Below are positions 51,228 to 63,380 of a DNA stretch of 64,000 bases, in pieces; the stretch's first letter is position 1, and each line of letters begins with the position of its first letter. The position numbers were made by a program, and so were the translations under genes. The DNA lies in assembly GCF_030144855.1 (NCBI RefSeq), contig NC_082707.1:94426001-94490000 (forward strand), given 5' to 3'. This DNA is from Hypanus sabinus (taxonomy: Eukaryota). The notes under the pieces were generated by a model. It saw only the letters and a program-made list of their open reading frames with translations, was not told the DNA's origin and did not search any database.

Positions 51228-51497
51228 TATTGACCTGGAATTTCTCATTGCTCAGCTAACCTTAGCCTTGGTTCTCCCTCAGCACCACTCTAATATTTAC
51301 CAAGCTCTCACTCTGGGCTACCCTAATATTGACCCAAGCTCTCCCTCAGTAGTACCTCAACATTGAGACATTCTCCCTCAGCTCTGTCACAATAGTGAGT
51401 CAAGAGTTCCATCAGTACAATCCTCATATTGACCCAGCTCTCTCTCAGCACTGCTCCAGTAATGGCCCAAGAGTTCCATCAGCACTGTCCCAGTGCA
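51228..51497 (+). repeat. Degenerate ~31-bp minisatellite (tattgacccaagctctccctcagcac...)
   Basis: Recurring attgacc and ctccctcag motifs; caagagttccatcag occurs twice. Confidence 0.65.
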
Positions 51498-52334
51498 TTC
51501 TCTGATGTGCTTGTTACTGGAGTATTCCTATTAAGTGCAGTGTCAAATAATGGAATCAGTGCACAAACCCAGCTAATGTCAGTAAGACTTTGCATCTTCA
51601 CAGCAGAGGCACACATTCTAGATAGTGCCTTCGGTGATTTGGACTCCAATCCCAGCCAACATATTTGACCTTCTAAAGGGTGAGATGTTCCAAATAGCTG
51701 AAGCCCAGTGGACAGGTTCTTCCTTGGTATTCCAATTTAAACATCCAAGGTAAGCACATTGGGAGAGATTAGGGCGGGCTGTAGTTTCAAAGAAGCTCGT
51801 GAAAGCAGCTCTAAAGTGACAGTCACTCAACTAATAACAACCCAGACTGTGTTGGATAGTTCACCAGTTAATGAAGTAACCTTGAAACCCCTAGCAATTT
51901 GTAATAAAAACAGATCGTGCCTTTAACAACAGCTGACAAATGTAGGATCCCTCTCACTGACAGTGTGTCTTTTCCCAACCCCCACCCCCCACATCTTCCC
52001 ACTCGAAGCACTTTCCTCACTCTTTGACCGTCACCTGGCATCTGGTGTCTTGCATGTTACAGTCCTCATTACAAGCACCTTATCAAGCACAGTGGCAGAG
52101 AATGACACTGACATTGTGTTTAACCAATGGCAGAGAAAGAAAGTCTGGTATCCCTTTTAACAAAGTGTCAACTTTCATTTCTCACAGCCTTAAATCCCGA
52201 TGTATACCTCTTTGTCAATTACTGCCTCATCTCAGAACATCAGCCACCTCCTTTTCTGTTTCACTTTCTCTCTCCCCCCCCCACTACGATACACCCCACC
52301 CCAAAAAAAATCTTTTTTCTTTTTCTCTCCAGTC

Positions 52335-53950
52335 CTTGTTTGCTAAATGTTTTGACAGGAGCTCCTGACTGTTGGCAGCTTATTGACTGAAAGAGAAATC
52401 TGCCAAGTCTCCTTGATGGATGGACTCATTTTCCTCCCCACTGCAAGTCCCTGTGAAGCATTCTTGTNNNNNNNNNNNNNNNNNNNNNNNNNNNNNNNNN
52501 NNNNNNNNNNNNNNNNNNNNNNNNNNNNNNNNNNNNNNNNNNNNNNNNNNNNNNNNNNNNNNNNNNNNNNNNNNNNNNNNNNNNNNNNNNNNNNNNNNNN
52601 NNNNNNNNNNNNNNNNNNNNNNNNNNNNNNNNNNNNNNNNNNNNNNNNNNNNNNNNNNNNNNNNNNNNNNNACCCATTATGCGATTGATTACTTCTGAAT
52701 TAAATTTTGGGCTGAATGTAAAGTTTAATCTTCTTTCTTCTCAGCAATTCAGCTCCCCAAAGGCCTCTTAGTAAGTAAAGTACCCATTTCATTTGATCTT
52801 TAATGAAAACTAATGGCCCAAATGAATTGTATAAATCACTGGGCATGTATGCCTGGTTTGACACTATGTTTTTCCCCGTTCCCCTCCCTACTGCACAATT
52901 CATAAAATCTTATTTTTTAATGCTCTTCTTTTTATCTCTTCTGCCCTAATGGGTTGCCACAAATGTTTTAATTTGGAGAAAAACAAAAATAAAGCACCAG
53001 TATTCTAACTGTGTGTTTTATTGAGGCACGTGAGGGGAAAGTATATTTATTTTTCAAATAAAAAGAGTGATTATATACCAAGCAGTCCTAGTAAGGATTT
53101 AACCACTTTACTTGAGTGCTTAGTTACAGAATTTAATGACAGTTATGTTGCCTGAAGTGGAATTCTTTTTTGAAAGCGTGGTATGCTGATATGGGCTGCA
53201 CGAGGATAGACATTTTAATTACATGGTGAATTTTGATATTTCGCTTCGCATTAAGATGTGGCAAAGGATCTCTTTAAACTCTTTGGGAAAAAAAACAGCC
53301 TTGTGCAAAGCTTGTCTTTGTGGGCCTATTCAGGCTGATTTGTAGCCTTTGTAGTCTTAATTATTTGCAAACGCAGGATAACAGGAGTTCTCAGCTCGTC
53401 CATTATTTCCCACAAAAAAGACTCACAGAAGCCGCTGATCATTTTTGAATTAGCAAACATGATACTAAAAAAAATTCATTAATACCATCAGGGATTAGAA
53501 GGCTGATTAAAGTGTAGCTGTTACGGTATGCAAATGAGTGATATGCATTTATCAGAGAGAAGACAAGCTGCCTTAGTGTCAAAGCCACATATGTTTGTTG
53601 GCTGATTAAAACAGAATTCAAGTCTAGGGATTTTTTTTGGATGTGGTTGGAGGGGGTTGTCGTAAGGGCCTAGGAAACAGCTGCCCCTTAGCTCACTGCT
53701 CGAAAGTCTCCTTAACTCTGAAAGCATGTCAACTTAATTCCCTTCCCCTATCAGCCCAGTGTTAGGTGCATAATTAATACATTTCTCAAGTGTTCTACAT
53801 GAAGCTCCACTGCAGTTTTTTTTTTACCAAACTCAATAGCGAGCAAAGAAAAATTAGAAGGCAGGGTTAAACCATGAAACAAATTATCTTTGCTGTTTCA
53901 TTGTTTTCTCTGTTGTTGTATCAGTTCCCACATTATTTCTGTGGTGTACA
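52335..53950. promoter_or_regulatory. Long TE-free block with enhancer-like motif clusters (spans the gap)
   Basis: TGACAG (52353-52358), TGATGGATGG (52414-52423), ATGCAAAT (53528-53535), GGATTA/TGATTAA and multiple TAATTA. Confidence 0.45.
52468..52671. other. Assembly gap (204 N)
   Basis: Run of n. Confidence 1.
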
Positions 53951-54596
53951 AGCGACCCTTGGTTTACAAATCTCCATGGAGGGTACATTTCATCGAGAGC
54001 TCCAAGAGGTTTCACCATCTCTCTCCACATCTCCACTCCTCTATCGTTTTCCTTTTACCTCCCTCCTTCACTCATCTTCTCTTTCTTCATCTTTTTCTTC
54101 GTCACTTCATGGCAATTGTCCATACAATCTTCATGAATGTGTCCACCAGTCCTGTGTGAGCATACCAAAACAAATTGCTGCTCAGTCATGTTCGACGATA
54201 GTTAATCAGTGAGTTGAGCAAATCAGTTCTCACTCAGTCCCATCCCTACCACCTTCTGCAGTCTCTCCACTTCTCCCTGTTGTCCTCAGTCAATTTAATC
54301 CAAGGATTTTTATCAACTTCTCCACAAGACATCTGTGCCCCATTCAGTGTACTATCACCTTTGGTTCAGTCCCTCTACCTCTAACTCTTCATCTGAAGCC
54401 ATCTGAAGGCATCCTTTAAACATGCCCCTCTCCCCTTCTGAACCATGGGATGTTCTGCATCAAGGCAAATTCTCCTGTCTACCTGCAAATTAAAATAATC
54501 CAAGTCACATAATTTTGCATACACATTGCTTTAACTTTCCACAACAAAATCTATCATCTTTGCTCTCCATTCTCTTCCCAATCATGTGCTACAAGG

Positions 54597-57500
54597 TCAA
54601 GTTCAAGTTCAAGCTCAAATTTAGTTATCATCTAATCATACATAAATAGAGCCAAATGGAAGAGCATTCCTCCAGGGCCAAGGTGCAAAACACATTACGA
54701 ACAGCACACAGCACACTGCACATAACACATGGCACATAGAGTACATATGGTTACAATTTTAGATAAACATACATTCACAAACAAAAAACATCGACCAAGT
54801 CTGTGAGCACTATGACTGTAGAATTGAGATGGTATGTTGTCCTGGTCCAGCTTGTTCTTCTATCGAGCAAACACTGGAGTGCAGCACAGAGTGAACACCA
54901 GAGGGCAGCACCGGCAGGAGGGGCCAGCCCACAACCCGAGTACAGATTTCATCACAACCCACAGAGTCTCTCCCACACCACCTTGCCATCTCATCGATGC
55001 AACAGGTGACCACGCAGCATGGGCCTAGACCTTGCCACAACCGAGGTAAAGCAGCTCCCTCACCGTCAATCTTGAAAATGAACCAGTGAACCAGACTTGC
55101 AATATTCTACATTACCAATGTCCAACAGGTTCTTGGGGTCACAATAAAAACATCCAAGGCAATCACTGGCACTGCACACCGTCCAACGGTACACGACAAG
55201 TCCAGATGACAACACAACAGTGGGAAGCAACAATGGCCGTGCCTCTGGCACAGTCTGGCCCTCTGGCTCAGAAGGGTAGGGAAAAGAAGAGGATGGCAGC
55301 GGTGATTGGGGACTCTATAGTCAGAGGGTTAGACAGGCGATTCTGTTGACACAGGAAAGAAATATAGATGGTAGTTTGCCTCCCAGGTACCTGGGTCCAG
55401 GATGTTTCTGATCGGTTCCACGATATTTTGAAGTGGGAAGGAGAACAGCCAGAAGTTGTCATACGTATTGGTACCAACAACATAGATAGAAAAAGGGAAG
55501 AGGTCCTGAAAAAAGACTACAGGGAGTTAGGAAAGAAGTTGAGCAGGACCTCAAAGGTAGTAATCTCGGGACAGTGAGTATAGGAATAGAATGAGGTGGA
55601 GAATAAATGTGTGGCTGAGGGATTGGAGCAGGGAGCAGGGTTTCGGATTTCTGGATCATTGGGACCTCTTCTGGGGCAGGTGTGACCTGTACAAATAGGA
55701 CGTTGCACTTGAATCCGAGAGGGACCAATATCCTGGCATTGTGGTTTGCTAAGGCTATTGGGTAGAGTTTAAATTAGAACTGCTGGGGGGTGGGAACTGA
55801 ACTGAAGTGACAGAGGAAAGGGAGGTTGGCTCACAAATAGAGAAAGTTTGGAAACAGTGCGAAAAGGAGGATAGGCAGGTGATAGAGAAGGGACGTGCTC
55901 AGTCCAATAGTTTGAGATGTGCCTGTTTTAATGTGAGGAGTATCATGAGCGTGGATCAGCACTTGGAGCCATGATGTTGTGGCCACTACAGAGACTTGGA
56001 TGGTTCGGGGCAGGAATGGCTACTTCAAATTCCAGGCTTTAGATGATTCAGAAAGGATAGAGAGGGAGGCAGAAGAGGTGGGGGCGTGGCACTGGTGATC
56101 AAAGATAGTGTCATGGCTGCAGAAAAGGAGGAAGTCATGGATAGGTTGTCTGCAGAGTCTTTTGGTGGAATTTAGGAATAGGAAGGGGTCAATAACTCTA
56201 CTGGATGTTTTTTATAGACCACCCAATAGTAACAGAGATGTCGAGGAGCAGATAGGGAGACAGATTCTGGAAAGGAGTAATAATAGCAGAGTTATTGTGG
56301 TGGGAGATTCTAATTTCCCAAATATTGATTGGCATCTCCCTAGAGTGAAGGGTTAGATGGGTTGGAGTTTGTTAAGTGTGTTCAGGAAGGTTTCTTGACT
56401 CAATACATAGATAAGCTTACAAGATGAGAGGCTGTACTTGATCTGGTATTGGGAAATGAACCTGGTCAGGTGTTAGGTCTCTCAGTGGGAGAGCATTTTG
56501 GAGATAGTGATCACAATTCTATCTCCTTTATCATAGCATTGGAGAGGGATAGGAACATACAAGTTAGGGAAATGTTTAATTGGAGCAATGCGAACTATGA
56601 AGCTATCAGGCAGGAACTTGAAAGCATAAATTGCAAACAGATGTTCTCAGGGAAATGTATGGAAGAAATGTGGCAAATATTCAGGAAATACTGTGTGGGG
56701 TTCTGAGTAGGTACGTTCCAATGAGGCATGAAAAGGACGGTAGGGTACAACATCTGTGGTGTACAAAGGCTGTTGTAAATCTAGTCAAGAAGAAAAGAAG
56801 AGCTTACTAGAGTTTCAAAAACTAGGCATGATAGGGATCTTGAAGATTATAAGGCTAGAAGGATAGAGCTTAAGAATGAAATTAGAAGAGCCAGAAGGGG
56901 CCATGAGAAGGCATTGGTGGACAGGTTTAAGGAAAACCCCAAGGCATTTTACAAGTACGTGAAGGGCAAGAGGATAAAACGTGAGAGAATAGGACCAATC
57001 AAGTGTGACAATGGAAAATGTATGTGGAACCGGAGGAAATAGCGGAGGTACAATGAATACAGTATCACTATGGAAGAGGATCTTGGCTATTGTAGGGATG
57101 ACTTGCAGTGAACTGAAAAGTTTGAGAATTTAGATATTAAGAAAGGGGATGTGCTGGAGCTTTTGGAAAGCATCAAGTAGGATAAGTCACTGGGACTGGA
57201 CAGGATGTACCCCAGGCTACTGTGGGAAGCGAGGGAGGAGATCGCTGAGCCTCTGGTAGTGATCTTTGCATCATCAATGAGGACGGGAGAGGTTTCTGAG
57301 GATTGGAGGGTTGCCGATGTTGCTCCCTTATTCAAGAAAGAGAGTAGAGATATCCCAGGAAATTATAGGCCAGTGAGTCTTACTTCAGTGGTTGGTAAGT
57401 TGATGGAGAAGATCCTGAGAGGCAGGATTTATGAAAATTTGGAGAGGTATAATATGATTAGGAATAGTCAGCATGGCTTTGTCAAAGGCAGGTTGTGCCT

Positions 57501-58795
57501 TACGAGCCTGATTGAATTTTTTGAGGATGTGACTAGGTATGTTGATGAAGGTAGAGCAGTAGACGTAGTGTATATAGATTTCAGCAAGGCATTTGATAAG
57601 GTATTCCATGCAAGGCTTGGATCTGTTCTAGGACCCCTAATCTTTCTGAATTTTATAAATGACCTGGATGAGGAAGTGGAGAGATGGGTTAGTAAATTTG
57701 CTGATGACGCAAAGACTGGGTGTGTTGTGGATAGTGTGGAGGGCTGTCAGAGGTTACAACGGGAAATTGATAGTATGCAAAACTGGGCTGAGACATGGCA
57801 GATAGAGTTCAGCCTAGATAAGTGTGAGGTGGTTTATTTTGATAGGTCAATTACTATGGCAGAATATAGTATTAATGGTAAGACTCTTGGCTGTGTGGAG
57901 GCTCAGAGGGATCTTGGGGTTCGAGTCCATAGGACGCTCAAAGCAGCTGTGCAGGTTGACTCTATGGTTAAGAAGGCATATGGTGCATTGGCCTTCATCA
58001 ATCATGGGATTGAGTTTAAGAGCTGAGAGGTAATGTTGCAGCTGGTCAGATATTACTTAGAGTACTGTGCTCAATTCTGGTAACCTCACTACAGGAAGGA
58101 TGTGGAAACCATAGAAAGGGTGCAGAGGAGATTTACAAGGATGTTGCCTGGATTGGGAAGCATGCCTTATGAGAATTGGTTGAGTGAACTCGGCCTTTTC
58201 TCCTTGAAGCAACAGAGGATGAGAGGTGACTTGATAGAGGTGTACAAGATAATGAAAGGCATTGATCGTGATTTATCAGAGGCTTTTCCCCAGGGCTGAA
58301 ATGACTAGAACAAGAGGGCATAGTTTTAAAGTGCTTGGAAGTAGGTACAGAGGAGATGTCAGGGATAAGTTTTTTACGCAGAGAGTGGTGAGCGCGTGAA
58401 TGGGCTGCCAGCGGCGGTGGTGGAGGCGGAAATGATAGGGTCTTTTAAGAGACTCCTGGATGGCTGCATGGAGCTTTGAAAAGTAGAGGGCTATGGGTAA
58501 AGCCTAGGTAGTTCTAAGGCAGGGACATGTTCACCTCAGCTTTGTGGACCAATGGGCCTGTATTGTGCTGTAGGTTTTCTATGTTTCTATGTTTCTACTA
58601 CAATGATGTATAATTAGTCCAGCTCCATCACTATCGAGCAACTCACTGATATGATAGACCTGAAATATTTGATGCTCTGAGTATCCAGCTGTGACTTGCA
58701 ATCGTAAAAAAGCCATACAAGAGGAACAAATGCACCTTTGATGGGACCCGAATCGCCCACTGCGTCTGAGCTCATTGCCATCTTACCGGAAGTCT
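54597..58795 (-). mobile_element. Second copy of the ORF-less retroposon (54597-55205 plus 58623-58795), split by a CR1 insertion
   Basis: Head gacttccggtaagatggc (minus strand, from 58794); tail (AACTTG)n at ~54597-54615; agtccag duplicated at 55199-55205 and 58616-58622. Confidence 0.8.
55206..58597 (+). mobile_element. CR1-group LINE with ORF1 SGNH/GDSL-esterase remnant, APE endonuclease, RT and (TTTCTATG)n tail; decayed
   Basis: VIGDSIVRG, VCLPG, IGTNNI, LHLN (ORF1 esterase blocks); FYRPPNS...VVGDSNFPNIDW, SDHNSI (APE); NYRPVSLTSVVGK, YIDFSKAFD, KFADD (RT). Confidence 0.95.
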
Positions 58796-58929
58796 GGTCT
58801 CTCTTCAAGTTCTCCCTCTGGGAACGAGTTTCACATTCCCACTGTTCTCTGGAAAAGGAAGTGGCTTGTGGTTTCCCAATTGGATTTTCTTAGTGAGAAG
58901 CCTCATGTTATGCTCTGTTCCACAGGCAT

Positions 58930-59078
58930 TAAGACAGTGCCAGAGCTAGTAGAGCCATTGCTTCACAGCTCCTGCACCCTGGGTTCAATCCTGACCTCTG
59001 CTACTGCATGTTCTCCCTGTGAAGGTGTGGACTTCCTTTGGGTGCTCAAAGATGTGAGGGTGAATGGGTTGCTATAAA
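58930..59078 (+). mobile_element. V-SINE 5' remnant
   Basis: cctgggttcaatcctgacc B box, gcatgttctccctgtga core. Confidence 0.6.
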
Positions 59079-60404
59079 TTACTCCAATGATAGCGATTGC
59101 CCCTATCATTGCCCCAGTATGACTCAGCTAGAGGAATTCAGCAGGCCAGGCAGCATCTATGGAAAAGTGTACAGTCATCGCTTCGGGCCGAGACCCTTCA
59201 CTCTTCCGTGTCTCAGTAATTCTTCATAAATCTAAGTTCTGAAGAAAACTGAGTCAACCTGTTTAGCCTCTCTTGATAGGACAACTTCTTGAGCCTAATA
59301 AAGCCCAGCAATTAGAAAGAGTAATAATGACAATTGTCATTTTCTCCTGATGCTCTGATTGCTATCTGGGTAGAAATGAGAAGTATGAAGTATCATTAGC
59401 AAATGGAGGATCTAACCCAAGTTGCCATCACTTCCTAGAATTCATTGAAAAAGTCCATTCAAGGGATTCTGGAATGGAAGATTAATTCATTTCTCCACTA
59501 CATAGCTCCCAGAAATTTTGAGAAGCAATTGCCCGATTTAAAGATTGTATGCTGGTAAGGTGAGATACATGGCTAATTCCACGAAGTAATACTAAATGAG
59601 GGACACAATTGGTCGAGGCTTCAGAACAGGCTGCCCTGGTTTACTTCTTCCTAGTCCATATGGTCTAGGAAAACTAATACCAAACAAGTTCTAATCTACT
59701 GATTACAATTCAATGGCTTCTTTCTGCATGAACCTGTTATTTGTTCCAGTAGATTAAGATGCTCTTCAAAGAGCATCGACAAGTAAATGTGGAAATGGGA
59801 GTAAGTTCCTAATTTCTTTGAATCACTTCGGCCATTAAGTAGACAATTGCTGGTATGTATCCCAGCCTCTCTGTTTCATAAATTTGGCAACAAAACCAAC
59901 CTCGGTATTGATTTGACCTAGTAAACACAATCTATAGGGAGTGAGAGCTTCAGTCTTCAACACTATTTTTCACTCTTTATTACACATCTCTATTACTTTA
60001 TTACACATACCTATTATGCATTTTTGCTAAGGACTACCACATATGCAGAAACAAGATCCTGAAACAGATGTTTTGTTCTGAAGAAAACAGAGGCAATGTC
60101 TTAAGAACATGCTCAAAGCCTCCTCAGAAAAAATGGCATCATGCCCACTATCTCCTCTAAATCCCTTGTCTATGACCATTTCAACTGGAGAATAGGGATT
60201 CAGGATGGTGCTCAGAACTATAAGTCCATGAAATCAGTAGAACAATGAAGTGTTGTGCTGACAGTTAGTAGGAGCACATAACCTCACAAATAACCCAACC
60301 ACCCACTCTCTGAGGCAGCTCCTGCATATCTGTGGTCCCCACATTGGCTTCAGCAGTTCATTTTAGAACACAGAAGACTGGGTGGGAGCAAGTCCTCCTT
60401 GATC

Positions 60405-60560
60405 AGAGGAGAAGACAAGAATAACAAATGAAAGGAAGAAAGCAAGAGAGGAAAGAATGAAAAAGAAATGAAGGAAGAAAGGAAGTCAGGAAGGGCAGAA
60501 GGAAGGAAAGAAGCAGGCACTGAAGGAAAATGGAATGGAAGAAGGAAGAAGAGAAGGAAG
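60405..60560. repeat. (GGAA/GAAA)n-like purine low-complexity tract
   Basis: Directly visible. Confidence 0.85.
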
Positions 60561-60929
60561 TGTCAGCCTGGAATTCTGAACTCAAAACCCTAGAGTGGAG
60601 TTTTCATCTTTAACTTTCACCTGAATCAGGATTTTGAACCAGATGATATCCTTGTACTAAGTAATAATGTTTAAATTGCTTAACGAGGGGAAAGAGAAAT
60701 GGGAAATGGTGTGGCTTACGAATTAAATCTCAGCCCCCTGGACCATGTCTGTTGAAGATAAAATCTCAGAATATATATCTGACTAGCAAAGGGAATAAGG
60801 TCCAAGGGATTTCCGTGGTTAATATACAGGTTCAAGAGGTTTATAGATAGAGCAAAGGATATCAGAATGAGTTCTAGCTTAAAATGAGCCTGAATAATGA
60901 AGGGAGAGACAAAGCATATGTTCCTTGTA

Positions 60930-62000
60930 TGTCAGGGATTGCTTGGCACGGGTCATCTGCATTCTAAGGGGGCAGGTTGAGCAACAAAAGTCTTGTTACA
61001 TATTGCCACCAATGACAAAGGTAGGATAGGCGAGAAGGTCCCGAAGAAAGATTTTAGATGGAATATGAAGGTAAGCTAGTCAATAATATTAAAGTGGATA
61101 TCAAAAGTTTCTCCAGATATATAAAGAGTAAAAGAGAGGTGAGAGTAGATATTAGACTTCTGGAAAGTGATGCTGGAGAAGTAGCAATGATGGACAAGGC
61201 AATGGCAGATGAACTGAATAAGTATGTTTCATTAGTCTACGCTGGAAGACATTAGAAGTATGCCAGAAATTCAGGAATGTTGGGGGCAGAAGTGAGTGAA
61301 GTTGCCATTACTAGGAGAAGGTGCTTGGGCAACTGAAAGGTCTGAAGGTAGATAAGTCAGCTGGACAGATGGACTATGCCCCAGGGTTCTGAAAGAGGTG
61401 GCTGTAGAGATTGTGGTGGTGCTGGTAATAATCTTTCAAGAATCAGTAGAGTCTGACATGGTTCTGGAGGACTGGAAAATTGTAAGTGTCACTCTTCAAA
61501 GGAGAGAAGCAAAAGAAAGGAAATTATAGGCCAGCTAGCCTGACCTCAGTGGTTTGGAAGATGTCGGAGTCGGTTTTTAAGGACATGGTTTTGGGATACT
61601 TGGAGGCACATGACAAAATAGGCCAACAAATTTTGACAAATCTATTGGAATTCTTTGAAGAAAAAAAAGCAGGGTAGACAAAGGAGAAACAGTGGATGTC
61701 ATGTACTTAGATTTTCAGAATCAAGCTAAGAGCCCATGGTATTACAGGAAGGATACTAGCATGGATAGAGCATTGGCTGATTGGCAGGAGGCAAAGAATG
61801 GGAATAAAGAGAGCCTTTTCTGGTTGACTAGCAGTAAATTCGGGGTTTACTGCAGGGGCTTGTGTTAGGACTGCTTCTTTTACATTATATGTCAATGATT
61901 TGGATGATTCAATTGACGGTTTTGTGGCCAAGATTACAAACATACAAAGATAGGTGGCGGGCAAATAGTGTTGAGGAAGCAGGAGGCTGCAGAAGGACAA
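60930..62000 (+). mobile_element. CR1-group LINE with internal deletions (ORF1 esterase bit joined to ORF2 RT)
   Basis: LHIATND-like ORF1 motif at ~60995-61015, then KSFSRYIKSKR, GNYRPASLTSVVWK, LTNLLEFFEE. Confidence 0.8.
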
Positions 62001-62289
62001 ACAGAAATTCTTTAGAATTAGAAAATATTTATGGACATAATCCAGGCACCTTTTGTTTGCACAATTGTTCTTATTTCCACTAAGAAATACATCTCAGTTT
62101 CCCCTCTCTCCCAAAAGAACCAGCCAATCTCAACTCTGGTCTGTACAGGAGAAGACCTAGAGTCTTATCATATGGGAATCAGACTCTTCAACCCATCAAC
62201 ATTTAACACAAGTTTACATTATTCATTGATTTCACTTCACTTTACCCATAGATCCCATCAACTCCTTTCAAATTTTACCTTTCACCTTC

Positions 62290-62485
62290 ACAGTTGAGGC
62301 AATTTACCTAATTAGCCATTTAACCCAACCTAATAACCCACCAATCTTTGAGATGTGGAAGGAAACCAAGGTAGCCAGGGCAGTCACAAGGAGAATGTGA
62401 AAATGCCATCTTGACAGCACCATAATTCACAATCAAATTCAGATTCTGGAACAATTAGAGAGTAGTTCTACCAGCTTTGCCACAT
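62290..62485 (-). mobile_element. Degenerate V-SINE
   Basis: ctttgagatgtggaaggaaacc, gtcacaaggagaatgtgaaa. Confidence 0.55.
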
Positions 62486-63029
62486 TGTCAGCCACTCCTG
62501 TTCCAAGTTTTCCACATTTCAAGACCTTCCTTTGGCACTGGTGGTGTAGTGACTACCTACTAACTTTGGCCAACTAGTCATGCCTCACCATCCTACATGT
62601 CAGACACAATGATATCCAAGCAACGCACACAAAATGCTAGCGAAACTCAGCAGACCAGGTAGCATCTATGGAAAATAATTTTCAGACGGAGACCCCTCAT
62701 CAGGACTAATATGACTTTTATGCTGAGAGAGTTAATTTCAGGGGACTCAGAAATAGTTTAGATTTGTTGTTCCTAGTTGGGCTGAGATTTTATCTGTCTT
62801 CATCATTCAGAGGTCATGTGGATTTTTTTTGGAGGGGGACATGGGTGATGCACTTAAGGTGAGACATGGGGCTTTGCTAGGTGGCTTTCACTAAAGCTAA
62901 CAGATTATCAATAATGGCTTAAATTCAGGTTTTAAAACAAGAGAACAGTAGAAAAGAGCTTTTTTAACATCATGTGGTCTGTTGGTTAGTTTTAAGTGTG
63001 CATATATACGTGGGAGAATACTCCAGACA

Positions 63030-63380
63030 CAAATGAAACATGGGCATAGAAACTGATGAGAGCCTCGGAGGGATGTGGCACGTGTTCATGACTTAAAGCA
63101 CAGAAGCTGAGAGCAAGTCTATAATGGTAGATAAAATCATGGGGGGGCAATAGAACCTAAGGGGCAATTCCTCCACACAGAGGGTGGTACATACATATAG
63201 ACAAGTTATCAGAGGCAGTTATTGAGGTAGGTAGAATAACAGCATTTAAAAGACATATAGATAGGAAAGGTTTAGGGGAATAAGGCCAAACATGGACAAG
63301 GGGGAATTGCTTAAATTGACATCTGGTTGGTATGGATGATATGGGTCAAACGGCCTGTTTTCATGCTGTATGACGCTATG
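63030..63380 (+). mobile_element. CR1-group LINE 3' end
   Basis: gtctataatggtagataaaatcatg, cacacagagggtggt, ggcctgtttt...gctgtatgacgctatga tail. Confidence 0.7.

Noticed and set aside
52310-52390. Coding exon after a strong acceptor (ttttctctccag)
   Set aside because: All three frames reach stops within ~60 nt and there is no convincing donor before the gap.
52383-52698. ORFs containing X runs
   Set aside because: Artefacts of translating the N gap.
53874-54212. 112-aa ORF with a hydrophobic N-terminus (signal-peptide-like)
   Set aside because: The rest is S/L/F-rich, translated from CT-rich low-complexity DNA; no family motif and no supporting gene structure.
57205-58026. Domesticated reverse transcriptase gene
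   Set aside because: It lies in an ordinary CR1 copy with stops and frameshifts on both sides and a deletion of core RT sequence.
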